64,000 bases of DNA from assembly GCA_964015875.1 (NCBI GenBank), contig CAXHEV010000002.1, positions 11,310-75,309 of the forward strand, written 5' to 3'. How positions within the stretch are numbered: the stretch's first letter is position 1; every line of letters starts with the position of its first letter. Below the pieces are notes generated by a model, which was not told the DNA's origin, made no database searches, and saw only the letters and a list, made by a program, of their open reading frames with translations. The position numbers and the translations under genes are program-made. Shown piece by piece: positions 27,192-34,699 of the stretch. This DNA is from an uncultured Candidatus Poseidoniales archaeon (GTDB taxonomy: Archaea > Thermoplasmatota > Poseidoniia > Poseidoniales > Poseidoniaceae).

Positions 27192-27782
27192 ATGGCTCGC
27201 CTCACGTTTCCGTTTGAGAACGCTCGCGTTCACTTGGCTGTGGAGGGGAGCACAGGCGGCACAACGCTTGGATTACACATGGCGGCTGATGCAATAGGGC
27301 ATGGGGGGAGGGTCCTCTGGGCATCACCTGAAATGCCTGACGGAGTACGATTTGGTCAACTTTTTGAGCATCTTTCACTCGCCGACTCCTCTAAATTTCA
27401 TGCCATGAATCTCGTAGGTTCACTCAGCCAAGCCGTTGAGGTTTTGGTTGAAACCTCAACCGCACTCCCCAGCGTTCGTCTTATTGTATTGGATGATTGG
27501 TGCGCTCAATCAGGTCGAATTCCTTCGGATCGTATAAAGGACGCTGAACATCTTGCTGAGCGATTGAGTAGTGATATTGGTTTGGTCTTAATTTCAAAAG
27601 CTGGAATCAATGCTGGTGGAGAAGGTTCATCGCTCAACATTCGTGGCGAAGACAAAATGAAATCTGCAGGATTCCAGATATGGACACTTGAACGCCCTAC
27701 GGACGGTCCTCGGCGCAATATCACGATGAATGGAGATGTCAATCCCTGCCGAATCGATGACCAAGGATTTGTTGATGTTTAA
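27192..27782 (+). CDS. RecA-superfamily ATPase-like protein with a degenerate Walker A (KaiC/RadB-like remnant)
   Basis: HLAVEGSTGGTTLGLHMAADAIGHGGRVLWASPE resembles the P-loop region of small RecA/KaiC-like proteins but lacks the Lys. A later hydrophobic strand LIVLDDW looks like a Walker B. ATG at 27192. Confidence 0.45.
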   Translation: MARLTFPFENARVHLAVEGSTGGTTLGLHMAADAIGHGGRVLWASPEMPDGVRFGQLFEHLSLADSSKFHAMNLVGSLSQAVEVLVETSTALPSVRLIVLDDWCAQSGRIPSDRIKDAEHLAERLSSDIGLVLISKAGINAGGEGSSLNIRGEDKMKSAGFQIWTLERPTDGPRRNITMNGDVNPCRIDDQGFVDV

Positions 27783-28057
27783 TCATCATCTGTTGGGTCT
27801 TCACCAAGCAATTCTGCCATCTCTTCAAGGGCTTCATCGTCTGGCTCGTCAAATTGAGACGGATCTTTTGCACCGCCTCCCAGTGTGTCTTCACCAGCAA
27901 TTTTAGGCGCACTGGCTTCCAACATGTTGGCTCGGTTTTCCCCAGCACGACGTGCGATGAACCATGCCATCCCAACAAAAAGAACAATCAGAACAACGTA
28001 GGCAATGTTTCGGGTGGTTTGTTCGTCGGCCATGCTTCTATCATGAAGATGCGGCAT
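27779..28057 (-). CDS. Small membrane protein with an acidic C-terminal tail (hypothetical)
   Basis: One TM helix (IAYVVLIVLFVGMAWFIA), then EPDDEALEEMAELLGEDPTDDD. ATG at 28057 or 28033. Confidence 0.3.
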   Translation of the reverse strand: MPHLHDRSMADEQTTRNIAYVVLIVLFVGMAWFIARRAGENRANMLEASAPKIAGEDTLGGGAKDPSQFDEPDDEALEEMAELLGEDPTDDD

Positions 28058-28076
28058 TTAGCCGTTGCCCGAATAT

Positions 28077-29276
28077 TTAGGATGAGTGGTGCACATCCCA
28101 CTCGAGTGGTCTAGCAAGGTGACGTCGTGCATCAATCGGTGGTTGTACCCACGTATTGATCGTCACCTCACGTTCTATCTCGCGCCACGAATTGGACTGC
28201 TTTGCCTTGCATTCAGGACATCGCACACCCTGATTGGTCCCCATTGCTTTCATTGTTCGATTGCACGCTGTACACACCGGCCTTACCTTCAATGGTGTAG
28301 CGTAGGTGATCCGCATTTTCTCAATGTGCACGACACCCGAAGTGGATTCCAATCCACACACATCGATTCGATCACCGGGCTGAAGTGATTGTGCCATCAA
28401 CTTCACATCGCCACTTTCTGCGAACGCCATCCATTCGCCCTCATCGGTTTCGATTTTTGTCGTCCCTCGTCGAAGAATGTCAATACTTTTGACTGTGCTC
28501 GACAGAATTGTTTGGAGGTGATCATCGCTGGCTTGATTGGTCTGGAACACACGAAGACCAATGATTGGTTCTGTTGCCTTCGCTTCCAACAACAATTCAG
28601 CCGCATGTTCAGCTGCTTTTTGAGTAGTGCCTCGAACACCGAACAGAACAGGGCATGTGCCCCTCGGGGAAATTAAGCTTCGTTGAGAAGTTGGGTCCCG
28701 AGTCATGAATGTCTTATCGAGTTGACTTACCCTTTTGATTGCCGCATTGCATACGTTTCTCTCAACACCATTCCAACGCTCTTCTCTTCTCCAAGCGATC
28801 GCCTCCCAGGTCGTCATTTGCTTATGCCAAACAACAGCAGCGATGGCTCCTATGCATCCACGTCCACCCCATTGCCGTGTGGGGGGTGGGCCTTCGTCAA
28901 TGGTGACTCGTGATTGAACTGCTCGTGAATAATATTCCGAAGATGATGGTTGTTCACTGAACCAAACCATTCCCGGATCTGTTGGTGCTTGCGGTCGTTG
29001 ATGGTCGCTTTGTGATACCAACCCACAAAGAGGTGCAAGGTGTTCGTTCCAGTATGCATCTAGAAATTCCATGAGGCGAGGTTCGTCCTCAGTTAACAGT
29101 TCGACAGCAACTGCTGCGTTGCCTCTTGTTCGCTGTTCGGCAAAGGGCCAGAGGCGAACGAGGCTTGGATTGGAAGCGGTAACTCCATCGGGAAGAGCAT
29201 TCAGTAAGCAATGAAGTGTATAGGTTGTACAACCATCTGTGAGCGTATCCGTATCATCCAGTCCAAGCCAGCCCAT
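28077..29276 (-). CDS. tiaS: tRNA(Ile2) 2-agmatinylcytidine synthetase TiaS
   Basis: N-terminal LGLDDTDTLTDGCTTYTLH (the TiaS DDTDS-x-GMCTTY motif). It also has a C-terminal zinc ribbon CTACNRTMK...RCPECK. ATG at 29276. Confidence 0.8.
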   Translation of the reverse strand: MGWLGLDDTDTLTDGCTTYTLHCLLNALPDGVTASNPSLVRLWPFAEQRTRGNAAVAVELLTEDEPRLMEFLDAYWNEHLAPLCGLVSQSDHQRPQAPTDPGMVWFSEQPSSSEYYSRAVQSRVTIDEGPPPTRQWGGRGCIGAIAAVVWHKQMTTWEAIAWRREERWNGVERNVCNAAIKRVSQLDKTFMTRDPTSQRSLISPRGTCPVLFGVRGTTQKAAEHAAELLLEAKATEPIIGLRVFQTNQASDDHLQTILSSTVKSIDILRRGTTKIETDEGEWMAFAESGDVKLMAQSLQPGDRIDVCGLESTSGVVHIEKMRITYATPLKVRPVCTACNRTMKAMGTNQGVRCPECKAKQSNSWREIEREVTINTWVQPPIDARRHLARPLEWDVHHSS

Positions 29277-29280
29277 GTAC

Positions 29281-29964
29281 TCACCTCAGTGGATTGAAGG
29301 GGTCGCCTCTGTCCTTTTGATCAAGAATTCGCTCAGTGACACTTGCCAATCCTAGGTTCCAGTTGACCTTGAAACAACGAACGCCTTGTGCCCATCCAGC
29401 GCCCATGTCACTGTCTCGATCGCCAATCATGGCATCGAGTGGGTGACTTGGTTCAATTTTATCATTCCACCAATTGACTTTAGCCCCTCCACCGATTTCC
29501 ACAACAAGTTGGGATTGCGTTGGCGATTCACCTCGAAATAACTGCTCACCTAATCGCAGCATTCCAGGCATTGGTTTCCTGCACTGGCACCGATCACGAT
29601 GCCGGTGGGGGCAAACAAGGACTGCATCAAAATGTGCATCCTTGTCAACATCCAGGAGCATTTGCCTCATTGCATCGTGAATTTGATGAATTCGATCAAC
29701 CCCCCATAACCCTCGCATAATTGGAGACTGATTGGTGACAATACAAATTTTGTAGCCACCACGTCGCAATTCACCAATAGATTCTGCCACATTCGGTAGC
29801 AGTACGAGTTCAGCAGGGGTGTTGATGTAGTTCGGTGAACCGATATTCAACACGCCATCTCTGTCAATGAAGGCGATGCCTCCATGATTAGGCGCACTTG
29901 CAGGAAGGTCCCGTGGTGTCCATTGAACGATGACCCCCCGCATACCCATGCGTGTGCAATTCAT
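29281..29964 (-). CDS. HAD-IIIA family phosphatase (GmhB / histidinol-phosphatase-like)
   Basis: Motif I FIDRDGVLN, followed by VCPHRHRDRCQCRKPMPGM and the C-terminal GDRDSD. ATG at 29964 (alternatives 29949 and 29943). Confidence 0.7.
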   Translation of the reverse strand: MNCTRMGMRGVIVQWTPRDLPASAPNHGGIAFIDRDGVLNIGSPNYINTPAELVLLPNVAESIGELRRGGYKICIVTNQSPIMRGLWGVDRIHQIHDAMRQMLLDVDKDAHFDAVLVCPHRHRDRCQCRKPMPGMLRLGEQLFRGESPTQSQLVVEIGGGAKVNWWNDKIEPSHPLDAMIGDRDSDMGAGWAQGVRCFKVNWNLGLASVTERILDQKDRGDPFNPLR

Positions 29965-29985
29965 TTGAAGGCGTTTTGCGTTTAG

Positions 29986-30945
29986 ATGGGTTTGCTTGAA
30001 ATGTATCGGCTGTGTGGTTGGCCCATGCTGGTGCCAAACGAGGTGATTTCAGTCGTCGGGGCCGTTGGGCTCATCGCACTGGCTCTTTCATGGCACAGAA
30101 GGAACGCTTCTCCAGTTCGTTTATCACAACTAGGTTGGCTGTGCGTTGGTCTTTATTTCTTCAACGATGCATCAATTTATTTGGCTCATGATGATTTAAT
30201 TTTGACGCTGTTTTCGGTCATGACATTACCGATGGCTGTAGGTATGGCCGTCTGGGAAGCTCGTGCGGAAGACGAAAAAAGCAAAGCGTCACTCACTTGG
30301 GCTCGTGGTGCTGTTGCTTATGCAGGCGGTCCATATCTTCTCATTGCTCACGTTCCATGGCTCAGTGTTCTTGCCATTTGGTTTGTGGCAAGCCAAGCGG
30401 TATTTTTCCTGCGCTTTTCTGGGGGTGACAATATCGTCATGGGTGAAACATGGGTGAATACGGCAGAAGGACAGGTCGCATGGGCTGACTTTGAGGGTAA
30501 CAGATGGTTCATGGGATCATCTGCCGAAGAGTATGTGTTCCAAACAGAATTGCTGCTCGCTGACGGTACGCCAATTGGGATCAACTTTGTCCTGGCCTGT
30601 ACGGCTTTACAATCAATGGTCATATTCATCGGCGCTATCGCTGTCCTCGATATTGATTGGCGACGTCGCTGTCGTGTTTTGTTTCTGACCATTCCACTCA
30701 TCCATGTTCTGAATCTTTTTCGCAATGCAGGCCTGATATGGCTGCATACCACATACGTCGAATGGACGCTTCTTGGCATGTCAGTTTTTGAGTTCGGCCA
30801 CAGCTACGTCGCCCGATTTGTGTCCCTCTTTGCCATGTTCATCATTGCCTTGATCATGTTCGATCTCTTACCAGAATTACACCGGCATATTGTCCGATTG
30901 TTGAAGCCCTTGGGCTTGCTTCAGCCAAAAAACCGTACCAATTAG
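29986..30945 (+). CDS. Exosortase/archaeosortase-family polytopic membrane protein (putative)
   Basis: About seven TM helices. The candidate catalytic Cys205 in VLACTAL sits at a helix start. Arg246 lies in an N-x-x-R context (LNLFRNAG), exactly 41 residues later; this matches the Cys-to-Arg spacing I recall for archaeosortase A (from memory, unverified). A further Arg277 follows. There is a central soluble loop GDNIVMGETWVNTAEGQVAWADFEGNRWF. The gene is convergent with the giant surface protein and overlaps its 3' end by 4 nt. Confidence 0.5.
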   Translation: MGLLEMYRLCGWPMLVPNEVISVVGAVGLIALALSWHRRNASPVRLSQLGWLCVGLYFFNDASIYLAHDDLILTLFSVMTLPMAVGMAVWEARAEDEKSKASLTWARGAVAYAGGPYLLIAHVPWLSVLAIWFVASQAVFFLRFSGGDNIVMGETWVNTAEGQVAWADFEGNRWFMGSSAEEYVFQTELLLADGTPIGINFVLACTALQSMVIFIGAIAVLDIDWRRRCRVLFLTIPLIHVLNLFRNAGLIWLHTTYVEWTLLGMSVFEFGHSYVARFVSLFAMFIIALIMFDLLPELHRHIVRLLKPLGLLQPKNRTN

Positions 30946-33900
30946 CGTTGATGCCAGGGCTCTGTGGGGGAATTTCGAGTCCATGAAACCCCGCTTCCAG
31001 CAGGATATTCGATTGTTTCCGCCCCTGTAGCATCGAGCATTCCCATCAATTGTTGCGGCGGGGCAGAAACGGTTTGAGAAGGCGTAGAATCAAGCAGGTC
31101 AGCAAAGCCGTCCATCGATGTCATATCAACACCAGTTGGTGTTTCTTGTGGTGCAAACGCCTGGTTGTTATCAATCTCTGATACTTCAGGTACGTAGGAT
31201 TCGTTGGATACAGGTGAGGGCACTTCCATGGGAGATTCTTCATTCAGTCCGAGCATTTGAGATGCGATGTCCTGTTGTTTGATTTCTTCCCATTCGTTGG
31301 ATGTTTTTCCATTTTGACCTCGGCTTGCACCGACGAACGCTAAAATCAACAATGCAAACACGATTGCACCAACCAAACCTAGTGAGCCGTAGATGAGGTC
31401 ATTGGAAACACTAGGAGCAAGATCTGAATTGTCTCCAACCCCATCGCCATCTGTGTCTTCGGATTCCTTAGGGTCTTCAGGAAATGCATCTTCGTCATCT
31501 GGTACACCATCTCCATCACCATCGAACGCATCGAATGTTGTTTCACAGATGATGCTTCCAATTTCGAGTTCTTCACTGTTCAAGAATCCGTCTTTATCTG
31601 TATCGAATGCTGATGTGTCGAATTTATTTTTCAGGTCAAATGTTGCAAATTCTTTGACAGAAACTCCCTCGCCAAATGGAGATATTTGAGAAGCAATAAT
31701 CAATAATTCACTCTCACATGAACACAATTCTTGGAGCGCTTCTCTGAATTCTATATCACCATCACCATTCATATCAATTGTAGCAAAGTCACTGGCATCA
31801 GTTTCGTCGCTCGAGATAAATTCGCGCTCGTCAACAACGCCATCACCATTGCGATCCGCTTCCTCAAAGAGTGTTCTTGCTTCGTCTTCGCAGAACGTCT
31901 CAACCCCATTGTCTTCATCCGGATCAACTGGTTCTATCGGTGGGAGAGGTGAATCTTCCCAGAATGCGATGATGCTCACATCACTGATTTCTTCTTCGAC
32001 TATGAGAGTAATATCAAACCGTCCATTGGCGGGTAATTCGATGTAGAGTGTGTGCTCCGTACCTTCGCCTTCTGAGACGATTTCGACTTCTTCTGCTGTG
32101 AATTGATCAACCGGTCGGCCCTGTCTACCCTCCGTCTTTTCACCACCTGCTTTTTCATCTTCAACATCTTCTTCTTCGAAGAAACCACCGAAATTAAATT
32201 CAAGAACCGTCCCTGAGGCTTCCAGTTCAAGGCTTCCAGTTCCTCCATACGTGTTGATTTCAAGATAACTTCCGGGGCTTTCTAGTTCGACGAAGAACAA
32301 TAGTGATTCACCATCTGGTGCTTCTAGTCCAGTAATTTCCTCTCCATTGAACAATTCGATTGGCGTGCCATCATAGGACCAAATGTATCTGTCTTCAAAT
32401 GAAGCTGTAATCAAAATGTTAGCAAAGACATCCTCTGTGGTAAGAAGGATGTACCATGTGCCAGGTGTCGGGTCATTGAATCCGATTTTATCACCTGCGC
32501 CAGGCGTTGAAGATTGGAGGTCATACTCCCCAGCCGTCGGGAATTGCTCAAGACGCATGTACATGGTGGCCTCACCATAACCTTCCGAGAGGTCCACCTC
32601 TAAACGCTCAGTTCCTGTTGGCACCTCGATCTTGAAGTACTGATTTAGACCATCATATCCCGTCAACGGCCCATAGGCAACACCAGGGGTAAGTTCAACG
32701 GCATCTTCTGGAGCTGTGTTATCAGGCGCAAAGGCCATTGTAGCGACAATTGTGAAATCCATGGCTCGTTGGTAGGTGTAAGCTGTGACATAATACCGGC
32801 CTGGTTGAACGTCGTAGAGCGTAGCATCCTGTTCATTGCCTTGTCCACTGTCATAGACAATTTTTCCTTGGTTTGGGTTATTGGTTTCTCCGGAATCATC
32901 AAACTCGGGCTCATCATCGAAGAACCAGAAATCGAACGGATCTGGAACTGTGCCCCACGACAAACCGATGTCGATGTTTCCTGTTCCTCCATAGGTGCTG
33001 ACGGTTAGGCTCGAGAGATTTTCTTCCACATCTACATAATAGTAGAGGACACGATCTTCAAAATCTGCTTGACGTCCAACATCAATGGTTTGACCTGTGA
33101 CTGGAATTCCGTTGTTGAGTTCAGTCATATCCTCCTCAGATGGAGGCGGATCAGCAACGTCCCACGAGACGACCATAGTGTAATCCTCAATATCAGTCTC
33201 GGGGACCAGTAATACCCACCATGCACCGGAGTCTGGCCAGGTGAATTCCTCCCATGCATAGCCCCACATTGCTTCAATGGAACCGTCATTGTCCCAAGAA
33301 CTCGGGATTCTGTTATGACCAAAGTAGATGTTAATTGTGATTTCTTCATTCTTGAATTGGCTAGGGAAGAGATTGAAAAACAATTCTTGGGTCATTTCAT
33401 CAAGGTCCGCAAAGAAAAGAAGGTTGTCCCCTGCGTTGGCCGAAATCCCCTCGATTTCTTCATCGTTTTTAATTTGAATGACTTGGGCAACAATGGTACC
33501 ATCTGGCATCACCCAATCGGCACCAAAAATGGTTCCGGTGGAGTTGGAGGCATCATCGCTTGTGAGCATGCCTTCACCCTCGTGGAAGTTCCAATGTGAG
33601 ACCAATATTGGTTCATCACTGAGATTTGACATTCCCGTTCCAATTGAGATGTTGTCTAACATACCCATGAAATAATTGCAATCACATCCAGCGCCCATGC
33701 TGGCAATGAACAGTTCATCACAATCATCTCCTGATGTAAAGCAGTCATTCGAACCGAAGTCTCCGGCCGGGATCAGCGCTTGTTCAGCACTGATGGCTCC
33801 GGCTGCGACCCCATTCACTCGGAATTCTCCACCGACTCCTTCGATCACTTCGACTTCGACGTGCGACCAAGTTTCAATAGGGACAGTGACATTGGCAGTA

Positions 33901-34634
33901 GGGTGTTGTGAGAGACTGTACTCTGAGGAATAAGCCAGTGTGCCAGCGTTGAGGTACATGCCCCAACCATAATCACCTTTCATGGTGATGAATTGAATGC
34001 CTTCGTCATGGAATGGGTATATCCAAGCGGAGATAGAGATGCTACCGGTAATGTTCAACGCTTCGTTGTGTTCGATCTCAATACGGTCGCCTTCGTCAGC
34101 GAACCTCAAGGAATAGTCAGCACCAGGTCCAACTTCTACCACACCATAGACTGGAAAGTATTGTGGATCATTTTCCAAATCGTTCCAAGTCCCTGGCATA
34201 ATGTTTCCCATGTTGGTGCTGGCGATGTGAACATAACCTTCGTCATCGCTTGCAGAGGGTTGATCTGCACCCCAGTTTCGATAGTAGAAAGGAGCGCCAT
34301 TGTGCCAGCGGTATGCACCGTCATTGTCGTCATCGTACAGTCCGGTCCATAGGTGGCGAGAAGTATTGTCGAACGAGGCGAAGGTATCAAACAACCACTG
34401 GTTTTCAGTCTCATCATCAATCGTGACTAGGAATCCGTCTAAACCACGTGCGACTTCAGCAGCAACGGTCCAAGAGCTCTCACTCAGGAGGTAATATGTG
34501 TGGTTATTTGCAGGGTTAACTGCGGTGTCGAGGATGACGATATCTTCGACGTCTTGGGCTTGGGCTATGGGCGTTATTGGCGCCATAAGGCTCAACAGAA
34601 ATAGCATGACAAGCATCGTTGCCTTTGTGCGCAT
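30942..34634 (-). CDS. Giant secreted, membrane-anchored surface/adhesin-like protein: signal peptide, Cys-less C-type-lectin-like domain, LamG/ConA-like domain, three PPC (pre-peptidase C-terminal) beta domains, dockerin/EF-hand-like Ca-binding loops, one TM helix, and a roughly 150-aa cytoplasmic tail
   Basis: Signal peptide MRTKATMLVMLFLLSLMAPITPIAQAQ. CTLD hallmarks LWTGLYDDDNDGAYRWHNGAPFYYRNWGADQPS...GTWNDLEND, without the usual cysteines. LamG: ISISAWIYPFHDEGIQFITMKGDYGWGMYL...ETWSHVEVEV...FRVNGV. PPC-like: YYYVDVEENLSSLTVSTYGGTGNIDIGLS...GRYYVTAYTY, QYFKIEVPTGTERLEVDLSEGYGEATMYMRL, LLFFVELESPGSYLEINTYGGTGSLELE. Ca loops: DRNGDGVVDEREF, DMNGDGDIEFRE, DTDKDGFLNSEELE, DGDGDGVPDDED, DTDGDGVGDNSD. 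TM helix LIYGSLGLVGAIVFALLILAFVGAS followed by RGQNGK. Confidence 0.85.
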   Translation of the reverse strand: MRTKATMLVMLFLLSLMAPITPIAQAQDVEDIVILDTAVNPANNHTYYLLSESSWTVAAEVARGLDGFLVTIDDETENQWLFDTFASFDNTSRHLWTGLYDDDNDGAYRWHNGAPFYYRNWGADQPSASDDEGYVHIASTNMGNIMPGTWNDLENDPQYFPVYGVVEVGPGADYSLRFADEGDRIEIEHNEALNITGSISISAWIYPFHDEGIQFITMKGDYGWGMYLNAGTLAYSSEYSLSQHPTANVTVPIETWSHVEVEVIEGVGGEFRVNGVAAGAISAEQALIPAGDFGSNDCFTSGDDCDELFIASMGAGCDCNYFMGMLDNISIGTGMSNLSDEPILVSHWNFHEGEGMLTSDDASNSTGTIFGADWVMPDGTIVAQVIQIKNDEEIEGISANAGDNLLFFADLDEMTQELFFNLFPSQFKNEEITINIYFGHNRIPSSWDNDGSIEAMWGYAWEEFTWPDSGAWWVLLVPETDIEDYTMVVSWDVADPPPSEEDMTELNNGIPVTGQTIDVGRQADFEDRVLYYYVDVEENLSSLTVSTYGGTGNIDIGLSWGTVPDPFDFWFFDDEPEFDDSGETNNPNQGKIVYDSGQGNEQDATLYDVQPGRYYVTAYTYQRAMDFTIVATMAFAPDNTAPEDAVELTPGVAYGPLTGYDGLNQYFKIEVPTGTERLEVDLSEGYGEATMYMRLEQFPTAGEYDLQSSTPGAGDKIGFNDPTPGTWYILLTTEDVFANILITASFEDRYIWSYDGTPIELFNGEEITGLEAPDGESLLFFVELESPGSYLEINTYGGTGSLELEASGTVLEFNFGGFFEEEDVEDEKAGGEKTEGRQGRPVDQFTAEEVEIVSEGEGTEHTLYIELPANGRFDITLIVEEEISDVSIIAFWEDSPLPPIEPVDPDEDNGVETFCEDEARTLFEEADRNGDGVVDEREFISSDETDASDFATIDMNGDGDIEFREALQELCSCESELLIIASQISPFGEGVSVKEFATFDLKNKFDTSAFDTDKDGFLNSEELEIGSIICETTFDAFDGDGDGVPDDEDAFPEDPKESEDTDGDGVGDNSDLAPSVSNDLIYGSLGLVGAIVFALLILAFVGASRGQNGKTSNEWEEIKQQDIASQMLGLNEESPMEVPSPVSNESYVPEVSEIDNNQAFAPQETPTGVDMTSMDGFADLLDSTPSQTVSAPPQQLMGMLDATGAETIEYPAGSGVSWTRNSPTEPWHQR

Positions 34635-34656
34635 GGGAAGAACTCCTTACCGTCCG

Positions 34657-34663
34657 ATATATA
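34657..34663 (-). promoter_or_regulatory. TATA box (TATATAT on the minus strand) about 26 nt upstream of the surface-protein ATG, giving a leaderless or very short-leader transcript
   Basis: The minus strand reads ...CCAGTGGGTATATATCGGACGGTAAGGAGTTCTTCCCATG. A purine-rich stretch precedes the TATA box. An AAGGAG also lies 9 nt before the ATG. Confidence 0.35.
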
Positions 34664-34699
34664 CCCACTGGTGCGGTGTTTTTACACTTTGAATTAAAA

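Noticed and set aside
30942-31430. PGF-CTERM / archaeosortase sorting signal on the giant surface protein
   Set aside because: The single TM helix is followed by about 150 cytoplasmic residues rather than a short basic C-terminal tail. It is therefore not a canonical C-terminal sorting signal. The adjacent archaeosortase-like enzyme, if real, presumably acts on other substrates.
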